Part shown: one piece after another, positions 51,356-64,000 of the stretch
Layout: every line of letters begins with the position of its first letter
Position numbering within the stretch: position 1 is the first letter of the stretch
Origin: Octopus bimaculoides
Lineage: Eukaryota
Direction: 5' to 3'
NCBI RefSeq assembly: GCF_001194135.2
Contig: NC_068984.1
Coordinates: 22,023,530 to 22,087,529 of the forward strand
DNA length: 64,000 nucleotides
Made by a program: the position numbers and the translations under genes
The notes under the pieces: model-generated
What the model saw: the letters and a program-made list of their open reading frames with translations, nothing else
Told to the model about the DNA's origin: nothing
The model's database searches: none

Positions 51356-53139
51356 ATAATAATAATAATAATAATAATATATATATATATATATATAGAA
51401 AGCTCGTAAAAAAATAGCAACAATTTCTATATTTTAGCTTTCGTATATATCGTTCTTACCTTAATTTATATTTGAATCGTTTCCAAATAATATAAATAAT
51501 TTAGTCCTGATATATCAAAATGTTGAATATCCATTAAAGAAAAGAAAAGAAAAAAAAACATGGTAATGTTACCAAAATCAAGATATGTTATTTCTTTCTA
51601 CCATATATAGACCATATATATATACATTGAAATTCGTTGAAACCAAAATGATTGCGTTATTAAATATTTCAGTTTGCTCTATAAGAAACAGTGTATCTTC
51701 AACAAAGCAAATAACCAGCAATTTGCATTCTTATACACTGTGGATAGTTCACTCCGTTGTGACACTAGTTCCACTTAAATGCGCTCAGTTGGATAATTCT
51801 GAGTGAACTGAAGAAAGATGTATTGCAGGAGTGCTTGTTAGAATTATTCTTTCTGGTCGAATTTGCTTAGCTGGTTAACAGTACTGCGTATCTGGAAGGA
51901 TAATGTTGCCGCCACAGCTGGTTTCAGCTGCAATAGTGTAAAAGAAAGTCATTCGATCTGACGTATAACTTCCTTTTGCAGTGTATTTGTTAATTATAAT
52001 GGACGAATGGCAGTTGTACAGAAGGAATTCATTAAGGTGATAACAGTTGGCTAGTATGTTCTGTCTCTTACTCAAGGTCTTGAATATCTTAGACAAATAA
52101 AGTTTGTAGTTTTGTGCTTTGTCAATGTAAGGGGTTGATTTGTTTCGATGTTCATATATGTAATTCGAGAGTTTCCGAACAAAGTGGGACATGTGGCGGA
52201 CTTATTTGTGTATCAAATATTATTAATCTTAACCTCTTATAGTCAGGTGATACGTTATAAGCACTGCTGAATCTGAAAAATGTACCCGCCAAACTAAGTG
52301 CTTTCTCACACATGTCTGCGGTTAAAACTCTCAGCAGCAATATCATCTTTCAGCTATGCAACAACAACCAGCTACTGGACATCAACCATTGCAATTCGTG
52401 CTACTAACGCTCCTAGAATACGTCTGTTTCTTACAAATCTGTTCACCTGTGATTTCCTGATCAACCGCACATTACTCGGAACTTCTAGTAACAATGATGT
52501 TCCATCAACTCTTTCCTAATAAACATAAAATCTAAATAATACATTAAATACTATTTTCTTTCGTTTGAAAGCCACACAGAACAACTATACTTCTTTACAA
52601 TGAAATCGTACACATCCTCCCATTCTCTGAGATTTATTATGTCTTCTATATTTAATTGGAGCAGCAACGAGTTCACTGAACAGAGCTGAAGGCTGTTTAG
52701 AATATACTATAAAGTGAAGTGAGTATCTATTCAAGCGACACTTACAAGTGATTTTGAATTAATACATCCGATTCTTATAATATTTCGCTTGAGAAAGCCT
52801 TTCTGTTGAAACCTTGTAGAATCGATTAGAAATGAAAATGACAACTTCAAGAAGGAATTAGTAAAATTCGTTTAAAGAAGTTAAGTAGGTCTCCTTTCTA
52901 ACTATTTATAAAGGCTGAAAAATCGATACTAGAATGCTTACAACAACAACTTTTAGTATCTGGATTGGATGAAATGGAGTTTTCCAATTTTTTTTACCTC
53001 TGAGTCATCTTAAAATTTAAGTTGAATTCAGTTAACTGCGAATAATTATGCACACGTGTGCATATGTAGATATGAACTAAAAGCGTGTAAGGCAGACGTC
53101 TCTTTTAAAAGGCTCCAATGTGCGAGGTGGTAGTGCATG

Positions 53140-53300
53140 GAATATACAATCCAAGTAGTAAACCACAACAGCATTTGAACTCAGAACAGAAAGATCCAGA
53201 AGAAACCTTGACCCGACATTCTTACAGCCCCGCCATTCTACTGTACTAGATTAGATCTTTTTTATCAACCCCGACAGAAGGAAAAGTTGACTTCTGCAGG
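53140..53300 (-). mobile_element. Degenerate SINE family B fragments
   Basis: ATTTGAACTCAGAA and ATCAACCCCGACAGAAGGAAAAGTTGACTTCTGCAGGATTTGAACTC. Confidence 0.5.
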
Positions 53301-53484
53301 ATTTGAACTCAGGAGCAGAGAAAATCATAATGAAATACCACGTGGCATTCTGTTCGAAGCTCCAAAATCTCCGCCAATTTGCAGCCTTTAAAAAATTACA
53401 CAGTAAGAATATGATATATTTCCAGCATATGAGCAGATGTGGCAATTCAAATGAACAGATTTCACAGTATATTATGAATAGAAG

Positions 53485-53858
53485 GTGGCGAATGCTTAGC
53501 GGCATTTCGTCTGTCTTTACGTTCTGAGTTCAAATTCCGCCGAGGTCGACTTTGCCTTTCATCCTTTCGGGGTCGATAAATTAAGTACCAGTTGCGTACT
53601 GGGGTCGATCTAATCGACTGACTCCCTCCTCAAGACTTTCGGGCCTTGTGCCTAGAGTAGAAGAGAAACGTTAGCACACCGGGCGAAGTGCTTAGCGGTA
53701 TTTCGTGTCATTACATTCGAAATTCAAATTCCGCCGAGGTCGACTTTTTTTTCATCCTCTTGGGGTCGATAAATTAAGCACCAGTCGTGTACTGGGTCCG
53801 ATCTAATAGACTGGCCTCCTCCCCCAAAATTTCGAGCCTTGTGCCTAGAGCAGAACAC
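53485..53858 (+). mobile_element. Tandem pair of SINE family B
   Basis: Units 53485-53668 and 53669-53858, the first very close to the family consensus seen in this window. Confidence 0.93.
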
Positions 53859-54235
53859 AATATATATGAATAGATGTTGCATAGGGAATATTTTCACTAT
53901 ATTTCCATTCACTAGATACATTTCTGTGGATTGATTTTCCATCTATTTCTCTGATGAACATTCATTTGCTCGACTAATAGTAAACTTCATCGTGAATTAA
54001 TATATAGTTTGTTAGGTGTCTCACAGTCAAGTATATTTTTTACCTCTGCCCAGGTCGAACTTATTCCATGTAACGTTTTTATCTATGTTACACTTTATGT
54101 TCTCGATTTACACTAAGTGAACCAAATAATTATAACGCGGTCGGTTTTATTTTGGGAGCGTTGGCTTTTGGTATATACATAGTTTTGAGTCTGCGGAGTT
54201 ACTGGAATTGCTATTCTAAAGTTTAATATTTTGCC

Positions 54236-54430
54236 TTTTACTTGATTCAGTCACTGGATAGAGGCCAGGCTGGGATACCGTCACGAAAGCTTGAGTCGAG
54301 CAAATCGACCAGAGTACATGTGATATTTTTACTATTTAGTCAGTGTTTTTTGCTGAAGCGCTAGATTACGAGGACGTGAAGAAAACAACACCGATTGACA
54401 AGCGGTGTGGGGAGTCAACAATCTCAGAAA
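54236..54430 (-). mobile_element. SINE family A, 3' half (degenerate)
   Basis: TTTTACTTGATTCAGTCACTGG..GGCCAGGCTGG..GTCGAGCAAATCGACC..ACACCGATTGACAAGCGG. Confidence 0.7.
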
Positions 54431-55378
54431 AGACACACATATTTATAGCGAGAGAGAGAGAGAGGGGGAAGGAGAAGAGAGAGTGTGGGAGAGAAAGTGG
54501 GAGGGAAACCACCTGACTTTATATACAGTATCTTTGTGAGCAGAAGCAGGGCGATAAGGTGGATTAACTTCAATCCTGTGTTGGCATGTCATTAGTAAAT
54601 GAAGACTATCATACAATGCCGACAGAAATATTACTTATAAACTCACTATTACTTACAGTTTAATTAAATTGGCCAGACTGATTTGCATATAAACTCATTG
54701 TTGGCAACTAGTTCGTTTAGTAGATTATTGGTGCGTTAATAGTGTCTTGCTTAAATTCTATACTGTACTACAAATATCTAATACATTATTTTGAGTCAAA
54801 GCACTCTTAATGCACCAATAATTTATTAAACAAACTAGCTGCCAAGAACGTGTTGTATATGCAAACATAACAGGTTTGATGTAGTTGTTTGAGACACAAA
54901 AGAAAAATTATGAACAGTTACAAAGGCCAGCTGCCTGTAGATATGAACATATTTTTGAAAATCAATGAGTATAAGGATATTTATGTACAACTGCCTCGAA
55001 ATCTATAACTTCTCTACCCAAACAATAAATTGATATGTGGCCATATATTATCGGTGAACTCGATAATGTTACTAACTGTCTAAATGGAGAAAAGAATCTT
55101 AAAAATCCTAATAAGTAATATTGGTAACTAGGTAACCGCTTTGACCAGCCAACATAAAGATTGAAAATACAGTCAAGTAGAACACTAATAATAAGTATTT
55201 CCTAAAATTCAATACTCTTCAGCATTTGTGTTACTTAAACTCTGAGGAGACATATCTGAGTCTTTGCCAGAAGCGAGAATTTTTATGAGAAGAAATTATA
55301 AAATTATAAAGGAAAAATAACACAATTGTATACACAATTACAAACACGTACATATGTATGTATATATTTATGGATGTG

Positions 55379-55466
<88 letters not shown>

Positions 55467-56663
55467 ATAGAAATATGTTACAAAAAGAAAATAGGAGCTA
55501 TATATATATACATACACACNNNNNNNNNNNNNNNNNNNNNNNNNNNNNNNNNNNNNNNNNNNNNNNNNNNNNNNNNNNNNNNNNNNNNNNNNNNNNNNNN
55601 NNNNNNNNNNNNNNNNNNNNNNNNNNNNNNNNNNNNNNNNNNNNNNNNNNNNNNNNNNNNNNNNNNNNNNNNNNNNNNNNNNNNNNNNNNNNNNNNNNNN
55701 NNNNNNNNNNNNNNNNNNNNNNNNNNNNNNNNNNNNNNNNNNNNNNNNNNNNNNNNNNNNNNNNNNNNNNNNNNNNNNNNNNNNNNNNNNNNNNNNNNNN
55801 NNNNNNNNNNNNNNNNNNNNNNNNNNNNNNNNNNNNNNNNNNNNNNNNNNNNNNNNNNNNNNNNNNNNNNNNNNNNNNNNNNNNNNNNNNNNNNNNNNNN
55901 NNNNNNNNNNNNNNNNNNNNNNNNNNNNNNNNNNNNNNNNNNNNNNNNNNNNNNNNNNNNNNNNNNNNNNNNNNNNNNNNNNNNNNNNNNNNNNNNNNNN
56001 NNNNNNNNNNNNNNNNNNNNNNNNNNNNNNNNNNNNNNNNNNNNNNNNNNNNNNNNNNNNNNNNNNNNNNNNNNNNNNNNNNNNNNNNNNNNNNNNNNNN
56101 NNNNNNNNNNNNNNNNNNNNNNNNNNNNNNNNNNNNNNNNNNNNNNNNNNNNNNNNNNNNNNNNNNNNNNNNNNNNNNNNNNNTATATATATATACATGC
56201 ACGTAAAGAAAAGATAAGTTTCGTGAATGCCTTTACTTCATTTGAAACAGAAATGAATATCGAAGCTTACAGCTACTTAGGAAAACGCAATGAAGAAATA
56301 CTTCTACACAGTTTCATTTATAAAGCTTCATTGATCCAAGGCTATGATAGAAAACACTTACCCAGTGTGACTGGCAATGAGATCGAAACTCGAAACTAAA
56401 ACTATGTGAACGTGAAATGAGCTTCTTAATCACCGAACCATTCCTTGTATATGATGCCTGACTTAAATAAAAATTAAATTCTTGCTGTAATTTAAATCGA
56501 TTACTTTACTTAAACTGTGCCTACTAGTTGAAAAATGCTGAATTTATAGTTTTATTGTGATACAGAGAAGACGATATATGGTACGCAATCAGACTTCGAG
56601 TTCTTGACAACCATTGCTGAATGACGAAAAATAATAGTGTAATATATATATATATATATATAT

Positions 56664-56697
<34 letters not shown>

Positions 56698-56700
56698 GAG

Positions 56701-56845
56701 GCAAGTAAGAAAATGGAGAGGATTTACAATTGACAAACATCAGCCAGTAAGCATTCAATTATATCAATGTTAAATGATTATAAACATGTGTGAGTGATAC
56801 AAATTAATGAATTAAATAAGTCAATAACTGCATAAACAGATATAT

Positions 56846-56937
<92 letters not shown>

Positions 56938-57103
56938 ATATATATATATATATATATAAACAAATGAATAATAATAGATGAGTGGCCATTCATAAATGTG
57001 CATCACTCACACATATGTTTATAATCATTTAATAAATCGATATGATTGAATGTTTACTGGCTGATGTTTGTCGATTGTATATCCTCTCCATTTTCTTATT
57101 TGC
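56701..57103. repeat. Inverted repeat, ~115-bp arms around a (CA)n(TA)n spacer
   Basis: 56701-56812 versus the reverse complement of 56988-57103, roughly 85-90% identical by eye. Confidence 0.9.
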
Positions 57104-58436
57104 GTTATAAATCCTGGGTAAATTCCTTATTTACCTACACCCATACCTAATACTCAATTGCGATATTGCCATGCAACAGTAAGCACTTGGTTATAAGTAA
57201 TTAGGTTCACATCCAGTAATATATTGGATATTTAATATCCCTTAAGCGGTTTCTTAACCTTTAACTCACACAGAAATATATATATATATATAAAACACGA
57301 CTTGGTGAACGAATGAATGTAGCGCTCAACAAAACACATTTAGAAGGATTTATATTTTATAAGTGCAGCTTGACTCAGCTCCACCTGAGACAAAATTATA
57401 TATACACACATATACAGATACATACGAGTAAACAGACGACTGTATGAGGATTGTATACATATATTAGCAGAGGTCATTGGAATATAAATAGTTTAGATCA
57501 GTATAAGATTTCTATTTATTAAGCATCACACTACTGAAATATGTCACTATCTGGAGCAGCATCAATTACAAACAACCATACATTATACATATTCTCCCTA
57601 CCGTATAAAATCAGATCTATTCATTACATAAGTTACAATATTTTAGCCAGCTCAGAGACGTGACACATTTTATCGCTATTATCCGCATCAGCAGAATCAT
57701 ATGAATTACACCAGTATCTATATTTCTCCTCCTCTCTCTATTTCTTAGACATTTTCCAATGTATCTATGTGTCTGTCTGACCATCTGTCTATCCTCCTAC
57801 TTATGCTAATATTTCTCTCTCTTAATCGCTCTTACCCTTACTTTGTGGCAATAATAAAATATCTATAGCTCTATAACTTTTGAATGTTTTTATGTGCATG
57901 TAAGTATATATGTATGTGTGCATGTGTGTTTGTATCGAGATAGCTAGAGAAATTTCACACACACACACAAAAACGCATGTTTTTATATAAAACAATTGTT
58001 GTTTATATAATGTGTATTTTTGAGCATCTCTTCTATATTTTTGTTTTATGTTAATACCCTAACCTACGCATATACACACAATGACGCACATATACGTGTA
58101 CTAACATAAACATATACCTTTCTATACAAATCCATGTCTTTATATGTGTTATGTGTGTAATACTTTGTTTCAATTCCGTTCCTTTTCTATCTCACACTCA
58201 CATGTATGGCCATAGCTATCATTTGGCTACAAAGATTACGTTGTTCTTTTTCTGGCATGCTAAATCCACTCCATACCTTTTTCTTAATTTCTTGAAATTA
58301 TGTCCCATTTTTCTCAGAAGACAAAAATAATTATTGCTACATATTTTCTGTTCTTTTCCAAGATAAGGAGAAACTTAACACACACACACACACACACGCG
58401 CGCGTATATATTTGTGCTCACGTATATATATATGTG

Positions 58437-58476
<40 letters not shown>

Positions 58477-59562
58477 NNNNNNNNNNNNNNNNNNNNNNNN
58501 NNNNNNNNNNNNNNNNNNNNNNNNNNNNNNNNNNNNNNNNNNNNNNNNNNNNNNNNNNNNNNNNNNNNNNNNNNNNNNNNNNNNNNNNNNNNNNNNNNNN
58601 NNNNNNNNNNNNNNNNNNNNNNNNNNNNNNNNNNNNTGTGTGTGTGTGTGTGTAAGGGATGATGCATATTATCCGGTTGGGATCATATAATTTAGTCTCA
58701 TAGAACTTCCTTTAATCTCACCTGTTTGCTAACCCAATCAAGAGTGAAAGAGAAACAACTTACATTAGTTTCACTTCTCCTAACTTACATACCTTTTGCT
58801 TCTTTATTTCATAAAATTGGCTATGCAGCTTTACAAAGATGAAGAAGCTGCGTGTTGGACAAAGACACAATGATAATGGAATGAAAATAAATGTTTGGTG
58901 GGAGAAGCAGACAACGCCCGCCGATTGTTACTTCCCGAACGCATTGTTCTCTTTTTTTTTTCCAACAAAACAAAATGAGATATTGAACCTCTTACCAGGG
59001 TTCAAAGAATGGACGCAATCCACCTTACATACTTTTTGCTTCTTGACGGCCAACTACTACAATTATTATAACGTGACAGCAAACAAATACGCTAATCAAT
59101 TACGTTAGAGTAATTGTGAGCGACCATATGATGGCATTGACTACTCTTTCAGAGATGCGTCAACGTGACCATTCGATGTGATACAAACAATGTCTATTCT
59201 CCGGCCACATCTCGTCTTCTTTGAAAAAAAAGAGGTGGGCAAGTTTTGTAATGTGGTCTGTGACGAACTATGTAAGGAAGAAAGTTTGTGGTTAGAATGA
59301 CCGTGATTATAATTCTACATGATTAGGTCTGCTTTGGGGCTTAACATCAAAAACAAGAAACCCTGTGGTGATCTATTTGATTTATAAAGTTGTAATACAA
59401 GTGAAGAATATTTATCTTAAGTAAATATCTTGCCGATGAGAGAAAAAGAAGAAAAATGGCATTGCATGGTTGGCATGGAATCTTTTAGTAAGAATCGAGA
59501 ATTGGAAGAGAAATAAAGACCAATAGGTTAATTTAAGCCAAGAAATTCAGCATATATTTAAG

Positions 59563-59985
59563 GGCAGGCGTGGCTGTGTAATAAGAAGCTTGCTTCCCAA
59601 CCACATTATTCCGGTTTCAATCTACTGCATGGGACCTTGGGCAAATATCTTTTACTATAGCCTCGGGCTGACCAAAGCCTTGTGAGTAGATCTGGTAGAT
59701 AAAAACTGAAAGAAGTCAGGCGTGGATATATATGAGTGTGTGTGTGTGGGGGGGGGGAATGCATATGCGTGTCTTTGTGTTTCTGTTTGTCTCCCACAAA
59801 CACTTGACAACACTCTTGGCTTGTTTACGTCCTCTTAACTAAGCAGTTCCGCAAAAGAGCCGATGGAATAAGTACAGGTCTTTAAACAAAAAAGAATGAA
59901 GCAGATTCTTTCAGCTAAAAATTCTCCAAGGCGGTGTCCCAGCATGACCGCGGTCTGAAAACTGGAACAAGTAAAAGGTAAAAGA
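59563..59985 (+). mobile_element. Full-length SINE family A
   Basis: GGCAGGCGTGGCTGTGT..AAGAAGCTTGCTTCCCAACC..CCTTGGGCAA..CCTCGGGCTGACCAAAGCCTTGTGAGT..CCAGCATGACCGC..ACAAGTAAAAG. Confidence 0.9.
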
Positions 59986-60146
59986 TCTGACAGAAGAATA
60001 TTTGGAGAAGTGGCGAAAGAAAAAGAGAAAATATAGGCAAAAGAAAAGAAAAGAGGGAAAAAAATAATAAAAATGATATATATCAGTATCTCAGTAGGTT
60101 CATGTCTATGCATGTGTATGCACGTGGGTGCACCATGTGTATATTG

Positions 60147-60320
60147 TGTGTGTGTGTGTGTATGTGTGTGTGTATGTGTGTGTATGTGTGTGTATGTGTG
60201 TGTATGTGTGTGTATGTGTGTGTATGTGTGTGTATGTATGTGTGTGTATGTATGTGTGTGTATGTATGTGTGTGTATGTATGTGTGTGTATGTATGTATG
60301 TGTGTGTATGTGTGTGTGAG
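60147..60320. repeat. (GTGTGTGTAT)n / (GTAT) compound microsatellite
   Basis: Direct reading. Confidence 0.9.
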
Positions 60321-61171
60321 TATGCAGTTTGTTAAGGCAATGAATTTGAGAGATAATAGCCCTTTAATTGCATCTAATGTACAGCTTGGTGGTAGTGCAG
60401 TAGCACACGAAAGTGTGGCAAATCTTATGGACAATTTACCGTTTAAGTGATTGCCTATTTTGTAGGAACAGAAAAACGAACCAAATGACAAACTAGATAA
60501 AAAAAAAAATAGAAAAATGTAGTTTTGGTAATGTTCCTATTGACGCTAGTGTTATAGTTACTGTTGTAGTTGATGAGACATCAGAGGAGAGGAATAATGT
60601 AAAAATGGCGTCCATATGGATCTTTTCATTGTCGTGATAGTAATGGTATTTGTGGGAATTATGTCGGAGATAGCTCTGTCGATAGTTATTGTAATGTTAA
60701 GAGAATAGCCAGCTGATAACGGCTACAGTGTTGACAATGGTGATTTTAGTGATGTAGACGGTGGCATCGTATTTGTTAATGGTCAGAAGAAATAGTAGCG
60801 ATTGCTTTAATATTGGTAGTTGAAACGTTGACTTTCACAGATGGCGGAGGTGGTAGTAGTGAAGGTGTGTGAAAGTGCTGTTGGCGGTGGTGAGATTACT
60901 TCTGATCTGTTCCCAGCAGAAGTAAAAGTGGTGGCGGTGATGACAGCAGTGGAGATACTGAGAAGGGAGGTATGTGGCCAGTCATTCTAACTCATCAATG
61001 GAGCGATAACAATACGTTGGAACGTGTCTTGGACGCGGAAAGCAACTAGTGGTGTCTAGATTAGTTCCGGGACAAAGAGAAACCTCACATTACTATTCAA
61101 ATTTTATTTTCGACCTACCTACCTACCAACCTTCATACTTACTTAAATACTTACCAATCTACAAATCTTCC

Positions 61172-61830
61172 TCTGTCTGTCTCTGTCTGTCTGTCTCTGT
61201 CTGTCTGTCTCTGTCTGTCTGTCTCTGTCTGTCTGTCTCTGTCTGTCTGTCTCTGTCTGTCTGTCTCTGTCTGTCTGTCTNNNNNNNNNNNNNNNNNNNN
61301 NNNNNNNNNNNNNNNNNNNNNNNNNNNNNNNNNNNNNNNNNNNNNNNNNNNNNNNNNNNNNNNNNNNNNNNNNNNNNNNNNNNNNNNNNNNNNNNNNNNN
61401 NNNNNNNNNNNNNNNNNNNNNNNNNNNNNNNNNNNNNNNNNNNNNNNNNNNNNNNNNNNNNNNNNNNNNNNNNNNNNNNNNNNNNNNNNNNNNNNNNNNN
61501 NNNNNNNNNNNNNNNNNNNNNNNNNNNNNNNNNNNNNNNNNNNNNNNNNNNNNNNNNNNNNNNNNNNNNNNNNNNNNNNNNNNNNNNNNNNNNNNNNNNN
61601 NNNNNNNNNNNNNNNNNNNNNNNNNNNNNNNNNNNNNNNNNNNNNNNNNNNNNNNNNNNNNNNNNNNNNNNNNNNNNNNNNNNNNNNNNCTCTCTCTCTC
61701 TCTCTCTCGCTACTCTCTCTCACTGCTCTCTCTCTCTCTCTCGCTACTCTCTCTCTCTCTCTCGCTACTCTCTGTCTCTCTCTCTACTCTCTCTCCCTCT
61801 CTCTACTCTCTCTCTCACTCTACTCTCTCT
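61172..61830. repeat. (TCTGTCTGTCTCTG)n and (CT)n/CTA arrays spanning an N-gap
   Basis: Direct reading. Confidence 0.9.
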
Positions 61831-62276
61831 CTGCGTCTTTTTCTATCTATCTACATATGTCATGTGTATACAAACATACACACACATATGTATACATACA
61901 CAAATACACATACACGTATAGACAAACATATAGATATAAGATCTTTTGTACGCTTGAATATATGTGATTATGTGCTTATATGTGTGGGCATGTGTGCGCA
62001 TATGTGAATATAGATAAGTATGTTTGTGTACGTGAGCGTGTTTGTGTACGTGAGCGTGTTTGTGTTGTGTATGTTTTGTATGTGTGCGTGAACGTGTATG
62101 TGCGTGAACGTGTATGTGCGCGCGCGAGCCTGAGTACTTGTAAGTTCCGGGCCGATGGTTTTCTACATTCCATTCTACTTCTTTATTGTCCTGAAAATTG
62201 GCATCTTCTTATAGAGTAACGCAGACATATTGAGTTAAGGTCATATATGTGCAAGTACACACAAACACAATTCGTA

Positions 62277-62342
<66 letters not shown>

Positions 62343-62973
62343 TGTATGTTTATTTATGTACANNNNNNNNNNNNNNNNNNNNNNNNNNNNNNNNNNNNNN
62401 NNNNNNNNNNNNNNNNNNNNNNNNNNNNNNNNNNNNNNNNNNNNNNNNNNNNNNNNNNNNNNNNNNNNNNNNNNNNNNNNNNNNNNNNNNNNNNNNNNNN
62501 NNNNNNNNNNNNNNNNNNNNNNNNNNNNNNNNNNNNNNNNNNNNNNNNNNNNNNNNNNNNNNNNNNNNNNNNNNNNNNNNNNNNNNNNNNNNNNNNNNNN
62601 NNNNNNNNNNNNNNNNNNNNNNNNNNNNNNNNNNNNNNNNNNNNNNNNNNNNNNNNNNNNNNNNNNNNNNNNNNNNNNNNNNNNNNNNNNNNNNNNNNNN
62701 NNNNNNNNNNNNNNNNNNNNNNNNNNNNNNNNNNNNNNNNNNNNNNNNNNNNNNNNNNNNNNNNNNNNNNNNNNNNNNNNNNNNNNNNNNNNNNNNNNNN
62801 NNNNNNNNNNNNNNNNNNNNNNNNNNNNNNNNNNNNNNNNNNNNNNNNNNNNNNNNNNNNNNNNNNNNNNNNNNNNNNNNNNNNNNNNNNNNNNNNNNNN
62901 NNNNNNNNNNNNNNNNNNNNNNNNNNNNNNNNNNNNNNNNNNNNNNNNNNNNNNNNNNNNNNNNNNNNNNNNN

Positions 62974-63012
<39 letters not shown>

Positions 63013-63589
63013 GAGAAAACTGATTTCTAAAACAGAGAGTGTGTGTGAGTGCGTGCATGCGTGTGTGCGTGTGTGTGTTTTTTGCTGTTAAAATTATGAG
63101 GAAAAATATGGCTGAGCTTGAGTTTTCAACGCTATTTTAATTTTAAAAACGTGCATAAACGACATGGTTGAAATAACGTGATGGTTAGCAAAACTTTATG
63201 ATGCATGTGTATTTGATTACTCTTTATGATATATATGCTTATTTCATTTAAATGGTAATTAAAAAGTGAATAAATATTTTGAAAAATTATACAGCCCTCT
63301 ATTAAATTTATTCTCTTCGTTGAAGTTAATAATATATATCTTTCAGTGATATACCTCTAAAGCAATTTTTTAACCATTCTATATTTCAGCATTGATAATT
63401 TAAAAATCCCGATAAAGGATGCATTATACTGTTTTAATGGGATCCGAAATAAAACTGAGAATATATTCGTGAACATTTGTAGCGTTACATATTTCTAGGA
63501 TACTGAAGTATTTTTGTTGTATAGTATTCAATCGGAACGTGCCATACGCTCTCTGCACAATTCAGGATCATAGCACATCAGTTCACTGC

Positions 63590-63872
63590 AACACAATTTT
63601 CTTTCTTCCATAGGCTCTGCTCTATTTAATATTGTCCCAAAACAAATCAAAAAGGAAAAAATTCCCATCACCTTCAAACGAAACCTGGACAAATTTCTTC
63701 AAGGGATACCAGATAAGTCACCTCTACCTGAATACACCTGACTCAACTGTCAGCTTAAATGGAAAATGATACCACAAAACGTGTCTTAAAATGATTTAAC
63801 AGATCCTATAAGATGGTGCTTTTAAGTCAGACATGACCTGGGCCAATCTTTGGCCGAAACATATCTGAGTTA
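63590..63872 (+). mobile_element. 3' tail of the CR1-group LINE
   Basis: Matches the reverse complement of 16895-17190 (CACAATTTTCTTTC..CTATTTAA..GGACAAATTTCTTCAAGG.ATAC.AGATAAG..GATACCACAAAAC..AGACATG..CCAATCTTTGG..GAAACATATCT). Confidence 0.88.
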
Positions 63873-64000
63873 TAAATCCTCATACGCTACTACTGTTAAA
63901 GCTTGTAATATTAATAATGTATATTCTAGGTTTCGACCGTCGTCTTTCAACGATTATTTACTGGATTCGGTTTAGAATTTCAGAAGGAATATCACTGAAA

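Larger units (their letters stand above)
920..62973. other. 15 assembly gaps (~7.2 kb of N), almost all bordered by (TA)n/(CA)n/(GA)n or similar arrays
   Basis: N-runs at approximately 920-1633, 14241-14819, 15762-16648, 19780-20069, 21951-22873, 23445-24410, 37006-37358, 38501-38676, 44145-44480, 45041-45194, 46287-46296, 55520-56182, 58477-58636, 61281-61689, 62363-62973. Confidence 0.97.

Noticed and set aside
51800-52520. Non-repetitive block with several short ORFs
   Set aside because: No recognisable domain or convincing splice-site pair in any frame.
884-63091. Long ORFs spanning N-runs and ORFs of VCVC/HTHT/IYIY/RERE type
   Set aside because: Artefacts of gaps and dinucleotide microsatellites lacking stop codons.
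63915-63945. Reverse-complement TTGAAA-GAC-GACG-GTC-GAAAC-CTAG possible hammerhead
   Set aside because: The core is one base short, U16.1 is missing and there is no helix I.

Overview
Repeat-dominated, AT-rich animal genomic DNA, very probably Octopus (inferred from the SINE content). It has 15 N-gaps (~7.2 kb), nearly all bordered by microsatellites. No intact protein-coding gene is supported: almost all listed ORFs are microsatellite or N-gap artefacts, and the few with real protein signal are decayed transposon relics (CR1-group LINE, RTE LINE, Helitron helicase, Penelope-like GIY-YIG). At least five dispersed short-repeat families (tRNA-headed SINEs or SINE-like) and one mariner-type MITE are present. 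The main hidden signal is RNA structure: about 8 recognisable minimal type-I hammerhead ribozyme (HHR) motifs from several unrelated repeat families. Three insertions share a Penelope-like 'tails-out' architecture (element plus an inverted copy of its 3' end). They are (i) a tRNA-headed, HHR-bearing SINE-like element at 4187-4645; (ii) a decayed Naiad-like PLE at 5711-7280, whose HHR has a 67-nt domain inserted in stem II, with an in-frame TGA at a conserved Cys position and a SECIS-like hairpin; and (iii) a MITE-mimic at 36090-36914, whose perfect 52-bp inverted repeat begins at HHR helix III. A strong acceptor-AG|GTAAGT site at 42778/42777 (-) suggests a recursive splice site in a long minus-strand intron. 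All structures were read by eye, not computed, and repeat boundaries are approximate.
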